DNA from: an uncultured Syntrophorhabdus sp.
GTDB taxonomy: Bacteria > Desulfobacterota > BSN033 > UBA1163
Assembly (NCBI GenBank): GCA_964477935.1
Contig: CAYZFX010000011.1
Location: 3,277-67,276 of the forward strand
DNA length: 64,000 nucleotides
Direction of reading: 5' to 3'
The notes under the pieces were generated by a model. That model did not search any database and was not told where the DNA came from. It saw only the letters and a list, made by a program, of their open reading frames with translations. Shown here one piece after another: positions 9,108-18,074 of this stretch. Numbering within the stretch: position 1 is the stretch's first letter; every line of letters begins with the position of its first letter. A program made the position numbers and the translations under genes.

Positions 9108-9528
9108 TTCCTTAAACAGACTAAAAATTTTTACAGGTTCGAACGATCTCCATGAAGAGCCGGAGGTTTTCCTTGATCCCTATATCCCCACGATGCTATT
9201 ATCGATGGGTCTCACCTCTCCTGCGAGTGCAAGGGGTGTCGCGGCAGGCCGATTAACTCCTTCTCTTTTTTCGAGTATCTTGGTCTCTTAGTTCTTCCCA
9301 CATTGATCGAATGGAAATCTTACCCGCCAACGCGATGCCCCCTGGGACTCTTCCGCAGAAGACGGGAGACCACCTCTCACCGGGTCAAAAGCCCCTTCCC
9401 CTCACCTGAGGGGATAAAAAGGATCGAATCCTTTTGGTGACTGGAATCGGACCCAGATGGAAGCGACATACGGCTATTTAATAAAATTCTGAAGGAAAAG
9501 GCAAGAGGGTGATCTTGATCCGGTATCC

Positions 9529-9557
9529 TTTACAATCTGGGGGGATTATGATAATTT
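9529..9557 (+). promoter_or_regulatory. sigma70-type promoter of the two-component genes
   Basis: TTTACA-N17-TAATTT with an extended TG. Confidence 0.5.
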
Positions 9558-9614
9558 TATGATCCACTTCTCTTATCAAGTCAAGGAGCCCTGTTTTCTA
9601 ACGGCATTTTTTAA

Positions 9615-10787
9615 ATGCATAGAGAAAAGAAGACCCCCTTGCGAATGCCGAAGGAATGGAACGCCATAGAGAAACGTCTCGCCAAGGCCGAAAAAGCCCT
9701 GCTCGAGAGTGAGAGGAGATTTCAGGCCCTGATGGAAAACTCTCCCATAGGGATTCTGATTGTTCAGGAGGGTCAAATCGTTTACGAAAACCCTGTGGAA
9801 AAGAAGCTTTCCGGACCTCTGGCTCAGTTCTTTAGACATGGAAAATTAGAAAACATCCATCCGGATGATTTCGAAAAAGTGGAAAGGGAATTTCGGAAAA
9901 TCATCTCTGGGGAGGTCAAATCCCTCGAAATGGACTTTAGGTTTCATCGTAAAGAGAATGATGATTCCCCTCAGAACATGGTGTGGGTCCAATGCTGGGC
10001 AAGCTTCATCGAGTATTTAGGGAAAGAGGCCTTATTGGTCAGCAAACTGGACATTACCCGGGCCAAGGAGATGGAACATCTCTTGAGGATCGAAGATAAG
10101 ATGGCCTCGCTGGGACGTGTGGCCTCAGGCATTGCCCATGAGATCCGAAGCCCGCTTTCGGGGATCAACATCTTTTTGAATAATCTGGAAAAGGTCCTCG
10201 AGGAGCCCCAGGGTCAGGAGAAGGTCAAAGAGATTATCAGACAGATCCGGTCTGCCTCAAACAAAATCGAAGCCGTGATCCGTCGGGTCATGGATTTTGC
10301 CAAGCCCACTGAACCCAGATTTGTTCTGACGAACCTCCATCAACCCATCCAGGAGGCGATCGATCTTTCTGCCGTGACCTTACGAAGGAGCGGAATCTCA
10401 TTGCATCGATCCTTTGCTAAATCGTTACCCCCTTGTCAGGCAGACCCCCATCTCATCGGACAGGTGATTTTAAATTTGATCAGTAATGCAGCGGAGGCGA
10501 TGAAAGGTATGGAAGGAGACAGACACATTGAAATTGCGACAAGGGCGCGGGATGACCGGATCATCATCGGGATTTCGGATTCGGGCCCGGGCGTCCCTTT
10601 TCATCTTCGGAAGAAGATTTTTGACCCTTTTTTCACAACGAAGAACGGGAGCACGGGGATAGGGCTCAGCATCTGTCAGCGAATCGTTACCGATCACGGA
10701 GGTGAATTGAGCGTGTTGACCAGTAGATGGGGCGGGGCGGAATTCAGGATCGAGATCCCAATTAACAGAGAGAAAAAACAGGCATGA
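9615..10787 (+). CDS. Cytoplasmic PAS-domain sensor histidine kinase
   Basis: PAS (IHPDD), H-box AHEIRSPL, N/G1/F/G2 boxes (NLISNA, DSGPG, FDPFFTTK, GTGIGL); no TM segment. Confidence 0.95.
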   Translation: MHREKKTPLRMPKEWNAIEKRLAKAEKALLESERRFQALMENSPIGILIVQEGQIVYENPVEKKLSGPLAQFFRHGKLENIHPDDFEKVEREFRKIISGEVKSLEMDFRFHRKENDDSPQNMVWVQCWASFIEYLGKEALLVSKLDITRAKEMEHLLRIEDKMASLGRVASGIAHEIRSPLSGINIFLNNLEKVLEEPQGQEKVKEIIRQIRSASNKIEAVIRRVMDFAKPTEPRFVLTNLHQPIQEAIDLSAVTLRRSGISLHRSFAKSLPPCQADPHLIGQVILNLISNAAEAMKGMEGDRHIEIATRARDDRIIIGISDSGPGVPFHLRKKIFDPFFTTKNGSTGIGLSICQRIVTDHGGELSVLTSRWGGAEFRIEIPINREKKQA

Positions 10788-12172
10788 TCACCTATTCCAT
10801 CTATGTTCTGGACGACGAAGAGACCATAAGGGAAGGGATTACCATGGCCTTGGAGAAGGAATACAGGGTGAAGACCTTCTCCACGGCCAAGGCCGCCCTT
10901 GAGGCCATTCCAAAGGATCCCCCGGACTTGATCATCCTGGATATCGGCCTTCCCGATATGAATGGCATCGAGGCTCTCCGCAAAATCAAAGCCCTTCTTC
11001 CTGAAGTTCTGATCATCGTCGTCACCGCTTATGAAGATATTGACACTGTTGTCTCTGCGATGAAGCTGGGAGCGAGCGATTATGTGGTCAAGCCGATTCA
11101 TATGGAAGGCCTGACGATCACCATTCACAACGCCATCGAGACCATTCGTCTGAGAAAAGAGGTTCAGATCCTTCAGGAGAAATATCTTAAGGAAAACCTC
11201 CCCTGTTTTATCGGTGAAAGCAATGTGATTCACGACGTGATGGAATTTGTAGGGATGGTGGCCAGGAGTCCCGATACACCGATCCTCATTCTCGGTGAGA
11301 CGGGGACGGGGAAGGAGTTGGTTGCCAGCGCCATCCACTACCACAGCCCCAATTTTATGGGGCCTTTCATCACGGTTAACTGCGCGGCCATTCCAAAGGA
11401 GCTCATAGAGAGCGAACTCTTCGGGTATGAAAGGGGGGCGTTTACAGGGGCAAGCGTATCTGGCAAAAAGGGTTTGATCGAAGAAGCAGCCAATGGGACG
11501 CTGTTTCTTGATGAGGTGGGGGATTTGAGCCTCGAATCACAGGCGAAACTCCTCCGTTTTCTCGAAGCTGGAGAATTTTATAGAGTAGGTGGGACGAAGA
11601 AAATACAGGTTCGGGTTCGGGTGATCTCCGCCACCAATAAGAATCCTGAGACCCTGATCGAGACAGGCCAGTTCAGGAAAGACCTCTACTATCGGCTGGG
11701 GGTGATCAAAATTCAGATTCCGTCGTTAAACGAGCGTCGAGAAGACATCATCCCCTTGGCCAAATTTTTCCTGGTACGATTTAATAAGAAATTTGGAAAG
11801 AAGTTTACGGGCTTCACCCCACAAGCAGAGAGGGCCTTGGTGGATTACCACTGGGTTGGGAATGTGCGGGAATTGAAAAATATGATCGAGAGGGCTGTTT
11901 TAACCAGCAAGGGTCCGGAGCTGACGAAGAAGGACCTCGGAATAGAGGAACGGAGCCTTGCCGATGTCTCAAGCCAGTTCGACCCGAAGCAGGTTATTTC
12001 TCCCCTCCCTCCGGAAGGCATTGACCTTCCTGCTCTCCTGGAATCCATAGAGAGGAGGTATATCCAGGAGGCCCTTCAAATGGCTCAAAGGAACGAAAGC
12101 AGAGCGGCAAGATTGCTCCACCTGAACCACCATACATTTCGTTATCGGAAGAGAAGATTACAGATCAAATAG
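10784..12172 (+). CDS. sigma54-dependent response regulator (NtrC family)
   Basis: Receiver domain (DDE, D, K), GETGTGKE, GAFTGA, LFLDEVG, WVGNVREL, C-terminal HTH; ATGA overlap with the kinase gene. Confidence 0.96.
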   Translation: MITYSIYVLDDEETIREGITMALEKEYRVKTFSTAKAALEAIPKDPPDLIILDIGLPDMNGIEALRKIKALLPEVLIIVVTAYEDIDTVVSAMKLGASDYVVKPIHMEGLTITIHNAIETIRLRKEVQILQEKYLKENLPCFIGESNVIHDVMEFVGMVARSPDTPILILGETGTGKELVASAIHYHSPNFMGPFITVNCAAIPKELIESELFGYERGAFTGASVSGKKGLIEEAANGTLFLDEVGDLSLESQAKLLRFLEAGEFYRVGGTKKIQVRVRVISATNKNPETLIETGQFRKDLYYRLGVIKIQIPSLNERREDIIPLAKFFLVRFNKKFGKKFTGFTPQAERALVDYHWVGNVRELKNMIERAVLTSKGPELTKKDLGIEERSLADVSSQFDPKQVISPLPPEGIDLPALLESIERRYIQEALQMAQRNESRAARLLHLNHHTFRYRKRRLQIK

Positions 12173-12269
12173 ATTCGTCCCTTCCGACGGCCACCGGTTT
12201 CCGAGGTTCTCCTCGTCCTCCATCCTTTTCTTGTCCTCCCGTTTTGGGTTTTCCCCAAACCTATCCCCT

Positions 12270-12304
12270 AATTTCTAAAGTTTGCGAAGCAAAATTTAGA
12301 AATT
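12270..12304. promoter_or_regulatory. 35-bp palindrome, candidate enhancer (UAS) of the sigma54 promoter
   Basis: AATTTCTAAAGTTTGC-GAA-GCAAAATTTAGAAATT: 16-bp arms with 1 mismatch, about 90-125 bp upstream of the -24 element. A related half site lies at about 12374-12387. Confidence 0.55.
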
Positions 12305-12394
12305 TTTCAAAATCCTTCGAATCCCAAAACCCCATATAAAAATCAAAAGAAGGTAACTTTTTGAATCCCTTCAAATTTTCTAAATTTCAACTTT

Positions 12395-12410
12395 TGGCAT
12401 CTCCTTTGAA
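12395..12410 (+). promoter_or_regulatory. sigma54 (-24/-12) promoter, variant -12
   Basis: TGGCAT-CTCCT-TTGAA: GG-N10-GA (canonical is GG-N10-GC), 55 bp before the GAF gene. Confidence 0.65.
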
Positions 12411-12464
12411 TAAAGAAGGGTTAACGGATGGGAATTTAGACAACGAAAGGAGGGGCGATCGAGG

Positions 12465-13031
12465 ATGACCGCTGAAAAACCGGGTGGGTTCAATTTTTAT
12501 GACATGGTGAAAACCACCCCTTCCTCCTTAGGGGTCCGTGAGGTTATCGGGACCTTAGTCCGCAAGGTGAATCAGTTGATGAATGGGAAGGGATGTTCCC
12601 TCCATCTATTCGATCCCGAACGGAAGAGATGGGAATTGGTGGCTTCCCATGGATTAGGCGGTGATGATTTTGGAAAAGACCCTGTAGAGGCCGATCAGAG
12701 GATCGTAGAGACCTTGGTAGGGAACACGGTATGGGTCTCGGAGGCCACAAAATTTCCAGGCGTTCAATACGAAAAGGAGGCTGTGGGAGAAGGGAGATAT
12801 GGCGTCCTATCGGTTCCCCTTTCTGTTGAGGGACAGGTGGTGGGTATGCTGCGCCTCTATACCCCTGAGCCTCGAACTTTTTTGAAGGGAGAGATCGATT
12901 TTGCCGAGGCAATGGCTGAGATGGGAGCGAACATCCTCGAAAATATTAGAAGGTACGAAAGCCTTCGGAGAGATTATGAGTATGTGGTGAATGACATCTT
13001 CACCTTCTATGGATTCCGGCGGGGCATTTAG
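12465..13031 (+). CDS. Stand-alone GAF domain protein
   Basis: KGCSLHL, ASHGL, LSVPLSVEGQVVGMLRLY...F...EIDF GAF pattern; SD AAAGGAGG. Confidence 0.88.
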   Translation: MTAEKPGGFNFYDMVKTTPSSLGVREVIGTLVRKVNQLMNGKGCSLHLFDPERKRWELVASHGLGGDDFGKDPVEADQRIVETLVGNTVWVSEATKFPGVQYEKEAVGEGRYGVLSVPLSVEGQVVGMLRLYTPEPRTFLKGEIDFAEAMAEMGANILENIRRYESLRRDYEYVVNDIFTFYGFRRGI

Positions 13032-13049
13032 GTTGACCCGCAGCATTCA

Positions 13050-13670
13050 ATGGATCTAAAAAACGGGGAAGAGGAAGAGAGGGTGATTTCTACGAAGAGC
13101 CTATCGGTTGAGGTAAGATTCCACGGCAGGGGCGGACAGGGGGTAGTTACTGCCGCAAAACTTCTTGCCGAGGCCGCCATGAAAGAAGGAAAGTATTTTC
13201 AGGCCCTGCCGGATTATGGAGGGGAGAGGATGGGGGCCCCTGTCCGGGCCTATACCCGGATTAGCTCAACCCCGATCACCCTCCATTGTCAGGTCACCGA
13301 GCCAGAGATTGTGGTGGTCATCGACCCGACTCTGATCGAATTTATTGATGTGACAGAGGGCCTCCATCCGGAAGAGGGGATCCTCGTCGTCAATGCCCCT
13401 CTTTCTCCGGATGAGATTCGAAAGAAGACTTCTTTTAAGAAGGGAAAGGTGGCTACGGTAAACGCCACCCATATCGCTCTCCAATATCTGGGGAGAAATA
13501 TTCCGAATACCCCCATGTTGGGAGCCTTGGTCAAAGCGACCCCCATCGTTCGGGAGAAGACTCTTATCGATACGATCCAATATAAGTTGGAAGCCACGAT
13601 GTCCTCGAAGGTGGCAGAGGCGAATCGGGAGGCCTTCGAACGGGCCTTTCATGAGTGCCAGATAGGGTGA
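13050..13670 (+). CDS. porC: 2-oxoacid:ferredoxin oxidoreductase gamma subunit
   Basis: EVRFHGRGGQG, ERMGAPV and PNTPMLGA motifs. Confidence 0.93.
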   Translation: MDLKNGEEEERVISTKSLSVEVRFHGRGGQGVVTAAKLLAEAAMKEGKYFQALPDYGGERMGAPVRAYTRISSTPITLHCQVTEPEIVVVIDPTLIEFIDVTEGLHPEEGILVVNAPLSPDEIRKKTSFKKGKVATVNATHIALQYLGRNIPNTPMLGALVKATPIVREKTLIDTIQYKLEATMSSKVAEANREAFERAFHECQIG

Positions 13671-13684
13671 TCAAAGGAGGAACC

Positions 13685-13987
13685 ATGTCCCAACCGCTCA
13701 AGGGTTGGAGAGAGTTGCCCATGAGGGGCTTGATCGTCGAGCCCGGCAATTCCGTTGATTACGAGACAGGGAGCTGGAGGGCCCTTCGGCCTATCATCGG
13801 TTTAGAAAAATGCTCCCATTGTATGTTATGTTGGCTCTTTTGCCCGGATGCGAGCATCCGGGTAGAAAACTCCAAAGTGGTAGGCATAGACCTGAAGTAT
13901 TGTAAAGGGTGCGGCATCTGTCGGGAGGTATGTCGTCGCCAGGCGATCACAATGGTTGAAGAGACGAAGGGAAAGGAGGAGGTATAG
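13685..13987 (+). CDS. porD: 2-oxoacid:ferredoxin oxidoreductase delta subunit (2x[4Fe-4S])
   Basis: TGSWR..RP, CSHCMLCWLFCP and CKGCGICREVC motifs. Start set at ATG 13685 after AAGGAGG. Confidence 0.92.
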   Translation: MSQPLKGWRELPMRGLIVEPGNSVDYETGSWRALRPIIGLEKCSHCMLCWLFCPDASIRVENSKVVGIDLKYCKGCGICREVCRRQAITMVEETKGKEEV

Positions 13988-15187
13988 ATGGATCTCCTTC
14001 CGGTCAAAGGTAAACTCATGGCTCTTGAGGGGGATAATGCGATCGCTGAGGCCATGCGCCAGATCAATCCGGATGTGGTTGCCGCTTATCCCATCACCCC
14101 TCAAACCGAAATCGTCATGACCTTTAGCGAATTCGTCAGTCAGGGTTTGGTCGATACAGAACTTATTCCTGTTGAGAGCGAACATGCGGCCTTGAGCGCC
14201 TGTATCGGAGCCGCTCTGGCCGGGGCACGGACACAGACGGCGACCTGCGGTCCAGGATTGGCTCTGTTGTGGGAGATGCTCTGGGTCGCCTCGGGATGGC
14301 GTCTGCCCATTGTGATGCATATCACCAATCGGGCGTTTAACACTCCTTTAAACATCCTTTGCAGTCACGACGATTCCATGGGTTCCCGGGATGCCTGCTG
14401 GATTCAGCTCTACGCAGAAACCCAACAAGAGGCCTACGACAATGTGCTCCAGGCCGTTAGAATCGCCGAGCATCCCGAAGTTCTTCTGCCGGTGATGTGT
14501 TGTCTGGACGGGTTTGTCCTCAGCCATACCCTTGCGCCTGTTGAGGTTCTGCCCGATGAGATGGTGAAGAAATGGGTTGGCGAGTATTCGCCACGCTATT
14601 CCGTTCTGGATGTGGATCATCCGGTCACCTATGGGGCCGCTGATTTTACCGATTACTATTTTGAGCATAAGCGTCCCCAGTGGGAGGCAATGGCAAAGGC
14701 ATCGGGCGTTATTATGGAAATCGGCGAAGAATATGGCAAACTCACGGGCCGTCCATACCGTTCCATCGATACCTACCGACTGGAGGATGCGGAGGTGGCG
14801 ATCGTCATCTTGGGGGCAACAGCCGGCGCCGTCCGGGTGGCCGTCGACCGACTCCGGGCGAAAGGGATCAGGGCAGGAATGCTCAGGATTCGCTGCTTTC
14901 GCCCATTTCCAGCCGAGGCGGTGGCCGAAGCCCTCCAGGGCCTAAAGGCGGTCGCGGTACTGGAGCGAACCGGATTTTTTGGTGCCCAGGGAAACCCGGT
15001 CTTCACCGAAGTGGCAACGGCCCTATATCTCAAAGGGATCCGGATCCCACTGACCAATTACATTTTTGGCCTCGGGGGGAGGGATACGGTTCCCGAACAA
15101 ATCTGCACCGTCTATGAGGATCTGATCGACATGGCCCGGTCAGGCAAGACCGAGCCCGTCTTCCGTTATCTTGGGTTGAGAGAATGA
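13988..15187 (+). CDS. porA: 2-oxoacid:ferredoxin oxidoreductase alpha subunit
   Basis: YPITPQT, ESEHAA, NRA, DGFVLSH and GLGGRD motifs. Confidence 0.94.
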   Translation: MDLLPVKGKLMALEGDNAIAEAMRQINPDVVAAYPITPQTEIVMTFSEFVSQGLVDTELIPVESEHAALSACIGAALAGARTQTATCGPGLALLWEMLWVASGWRLPIVMHITNRAFNTPLNILCSHDDSMGSRDACWIQLYAETQQEAYDNVLQAVRIAEHPEVLLPVMCCLDGFVLSHTLAPVEVLPDEMVKKWVGEYSPRYSVLDVDHPVTYGAADFTDYYFEHKRPQWEAMAKASGVIMEIGEEYGKLTGRPYRSIDTYRLEDAEVAIVILGATAGAVRVAVDRLRAKGIRAGMLRIRCFRPFPAEAVAEALQGLKAVAVLERTGFFGAQGNPVFTEVATALYLKGIRIPLTNYIFGLGGRDTVPEQICTVYEDLIDMARSGKTEPVFRYLGLRE

Positions 15188-15203
15188 GAGAGGAAGGGGA
15201 ACC

Positions 15204-16274
15204 ATGGCTATCGAGGCAAAGGCAACCAAAATAAAGCTCAGAGAACTCTGTCATCAGGAAGAAAGATTGGCCCCCGGCCATCGAATGTGCTCTGGCTGCG
15301 CCGAAGCGGTCATCGTCCGTCAGGTCTTGCATGCGATCAACGATCCCGTGGTCGTGGCGACGCCGACCGGTTGTCTCGAAATCACCACGGGAATCTTTCC
15401 CTACACGGCCTGGCGAGTCCCCTGGATCCACAGCGCTTTTGAAAATGCCGCTTCGATCATCTCCGGTGTCGAAGCCGCCTATCGTTCTTTAAGGAGACGG
15501 GGCAAGATCGGTGACAGGACAATCAAATTTGTGGTCTTTGCCGGCGATGGCGCCACGTATGATATCGGATTCCAATGGTTGAGCGGCGCCCTGGAAAGGG
15601 GCCATCAATTTCTATATGTCTATATGAACACAGGAACCCAACGGAGCGGCGCCACCCCTAAAGGGGCCTGGAGCACAACCACTCCCGTGGGTAAGGCCGT
15701 CGCCGGGAAGTTGCAACACCGGAAGGATATGACCGCGATTGTTGCCGCTCATAATATTTCCTTTGTGGCTCAAGCCGCACCCCACGCCTGGCAAGACTTC
15801 ATGACGAAGGTGAAAAAGGCCATCTCCTCGGAAGGCCCTTCCTTCATTAATGTCATCAGCCCATGCCCCCGCGGCTGGCGCTATGATCCAAAGGACCTCA
15901 CCCTCCTGTCAAAGCTTGCCGTAGAAACCTGTGTCTGGCCCCTTTATGAAGTCGACCATGGGTCTTGGAAATTAAATTATAAACCGAAGGTAAAAAAACC
16001 GATCACGGAATGGTTCGCCGCTCAGGGAAGGTTCGCCCATTTGCTCTTGCCGGAATATAAGGAGCTGTCTGAGATGCTCCAACACCAGGTGGATCTGGAA
16101 TGGTCCAGGTTGGAGCTACGGTGTCGAGAAAGTTCCATCTCTCTCCCTCACCTCCAGATTCCATCTTCCACTGCTCTCGCCCAGAGGGCAAGTTTTAAGC
16201 CTCTCCCTGACTCCAGGGAAGATCTCGAGGAGAGAGAAGGGGTCCTTCCCTCCGGTATGGGCCTCCAAGGATGA
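15204..16274 (+). CDS. porB: 2-oxoacid:ferredoxin oxidoreductase beta subunit, possibly defective (TPP-motif deletion and C-terminal read-through)
   Basis: CSGC, TGC, GDG and SPCPRGW are present, but the sequence reads FLYV|YMNTG where the family has (C/M)YDNEAYMNTG. About 45 extra low-complexity residues follow ...RLELRC. Confidence 0.9.
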   Translation: MAIEAKATKIKLRELCHQEERLAPGHRMCSGCAEAVIVRQVLHAINDPVVVATPTGCLEITTGIFPYTAWRVPWIHSAFENAASIISGVEAAYRSLRRRGKIGDRTIKFVVFAGDGATYDIGFQWLSGALERGHQFLYVYMNTGTQRSGATPKGAWSTTTPVGKAVAGKLQHRKDMTAIVAAHNISFVAQAAPHAWQDFMTKVKKAISSEGPSFINVISPCPRGWRYDPKDLTLLSKLAVETCVWPLYEVDHGSWKLNYKPKVKKPITEWFAAQGRFAHLLLPEYKELSEMLQHQVDLEWSRLELRCRESSISLPHLQIPSSTALAQRASFKPLPDSREDLEEREGVLPSGMGLQG

Positions 16275-16706
16275 TCACCGAGGGTTCCCCTTTTTCAATT
16301 CGTCCCAGGGATAGTCGATCAGCTCGAGGAGCACCCCGTTCACCGTTTTAGGATGGATGAAGGCATATTTGCAGTCCCGGAAGGTTCTTGTTCCGCCGAC
16401 GAAATGGTAACCCTTGGCCTTCAGGTCCTCGATGGCCTTTTCCGTATTGTCGACATTGAGGCTGAGCACCATCATCCCTTCGCCCTTCTTTTCGATATAC
16501 TTCGCCACTTCCCCATCCGGTGTGGTCGATTCCATCAGTTCAAATCCTACCTCGCCCACCCAGTAGCGGGCCACCCGGATCTTCTCCGTCTCATCGACAT
16601 AGGAGTCATCCGGAGCGGACTTCCCGAGGATGGGCTCCCAGATCTTTCGGGCTGCCTCGAGGTCCCTGACGGCAATACAGATATGGTCGATCTTATTGAC
16701 TTTCAT
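16275..16706 (-). CDS. VOC (glyoxalase/methylmalonyl-CoA epimerase-like) protein
   Basis: IDHICIAV, ELME, GEG, FIHPK..NGVLLELI. Start set at ATG 16706. Confidence 0.88.
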   Translation of the reverse strand: MKVNKIDHICIAVRDLEAARKIWEPILGKSAPDDSYVDETEKIRVARYWVGEVGFELMESTTPDGEVAKYIEKKGEGMMVLSLNVDNTEKAIEDLKAKGYHFVGGTRTFRDCKYAFIHPKTVNGVLLELIDYPWDELKKGNPR

Positions 16707-16763
16707 GGAGGGTCTCATCCTTTCGTCTCGAAGATTTGATCCCCTTGGACCTTTCCTCTTTCA

Positions 16764-18026
16764 TCAAAAGCTGACTTTATATTTTCGGCTCAGATGGGCG
16801 AGCGATTCATCGATCGCATCGGCCACAAAGTCGAGATCCTGATCGGTGTGGCGATAGCAGATATACCCGTGATGATGGGGGGCAAAGAAGATGCCCCGCC
16901 GGATGAGCTGGGTGTAGATCTCCTCCCGCCTTGCCCGGTGGGTCTCCGCCTTGTCCCGCTTGAAGGTGATGAAGAACATCGGCGCGACCCCGCTCAATTC
17001 GGCCCCGACCTCGTACTTGTCGACAATAGCCTGTAATTTTTTCAGAAACCGCCCACCTCGCTCCCAGATCTGGGCGAGGACATTGTCCCGTTCGAGGATT
17101 TCGATCGTCTTGAGGGCGGCGATGAAGCCATCGCTGTTGGGAAAGAAGGTGGAGGAGATAAAGAGTTTCTGGGCTGCTGCCATCATCACCTCCGCCTTTC
17201 CGGTGACGACACTGATCGCATAGCCGTTGGCCATCCCTTTTCCGAGGACAGCCAGATCCGGGGTCACCCCATAGAGTTGCTGAGCCCCTCCGAGACGAAG
17301 CCTGAAACCCGTCCGGATCTCGTCGAAGATGAGGACCGCCCCATACTTCGTGGCCAGCGCCCTCACCCCTTCGAGGAAGCCGGGCTTCGGCTCCTCCATC
17401 TTCTGGTGGAGGGGATGGCCGAAGGGAGTCAGGATGATGGCCGCGGTCTGGTCACCGTGCTCTCTCATCAGGTCTTCGAGCTGATCGAGATCGTTATATC
17501 GGAACTCAAAGACGTCCTCATAAAACTTCGGAGGGATGCCGCCCTTCATTTCCACGCACCAGTCGTGCCACCCATGATAACCGCAGCGCATCACCTTGAT
17601 CCGATTGGTGTGGGCCCGGGCGATGCGGATGCTGGCAGTGGTGGCATCGGAGCCGGTCTTTAAAAAGATGGACATCTCGGAGCAGGGGACGATCTCGCTC
17701 AATTTCTTCGCAAGCTCGTTCTGATACGGCTGGGTGAGGGTAAAACAGAAGCCCTTCTCCCGGATCTGCCGGATGACCGCCTCGTCCACCTCTTCCTCGC
17801 GATAGCCCAGAATGATCGGTCCGTAACCGCAGAGGAAATCAATGTACTCGTTCCCGTCCACATCGATCAGACGACACCCCTTGCCGTACTCGAGGAAGAT
17901 GGGATATTCGCCTTCGATGAAGTCGCTCGGTTTCCGGGCTCCGAGGACACCGCCAGGGACGAATTTTTTGGCTTCCTCAAAGAGTTCCAGGCTTCGACGG
18001 ATATTCAACTTTTCAGCGGATTTCAT
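16764..18026 (-). CDS. Class III PLP aminotransferase (GSA-aminomutase-like fold, not HemL)
   Basis: DVDGNEYID, KTGSDAT, YHGW, FDEIRTGFR and PLP lysine in LGKGMANG. Start set at ATG 18026 after AAGGAG. Confidence 0.92.
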   Translation of the reverse strand: MKSAEKLNIRRSLELFEEAKKFVPGGVLGARKPSDFIEGEYPIFLEYGKGCRLIDVDGNEYIDFLCGYGPIILGYREEEVDEAVIRQIREKGFCFTLTQPYQNELAKKLSEIVPCSEMSIFLKTGSDATTASIRIARAHTNRIKVMRCGYHGWHDWCVEMKGGIPPKFYEDVFEFRYNDLDQLEDLMREHGDQTAAIILTPFGHPLHQKMEEPKPGFLEGVRALATKYGAVLIFDEIRTGFRLRLGGAQQLYGVTPDLAVLGKGMANGYAISVVTGKAEVMMAAAQKLFISSTFFPNSDGFIAALKTIEILERDNVLAQIWERGGRFLKKLQAIVDKYEVGAELSGVAPMFFITFKRDKAETHRARREEIYTQLIRRGIFFAPHHHGYICYRHTDQDLDFVADAIDESLAHLSRKYKVSF

Positions 18027-18074
18027 AAGGGATCTCCTTGGCATGGATGGCCTTTTTAAGGCCACCTACGCTCT

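Noticed and set aside
9421-9431. tRNA T-loop-like GGATCGAATCC
   Set aside because: No cloverleaf, D-arm or acceptor stem can be built around it.
9571-9600. SAM-I riboswitch-like start CTTATCAAG
   Set aside because: The following sequence lacks the P2 kink-turn GGAGGGA-TGGCCC and the GCAACC elements.
13668-13670. Selenocysteine read-through at TGA stops of redox genes (porC, porA, Mo subunit)
   Set aside because: The TGAs fall at normal family C-termini, are followed by the next gene's RBS, and show no SECIS-like hairpin or Cys-equivalent position.
16764-18026. hemL (glutamate-1-semialdehyde aminomutase)
   Set aside because: It lacks the HemL GGVNSPVR signature (reads GGVLGARKP) and sits in a catabolic operon, so it is called a generic class III aminotransferase.
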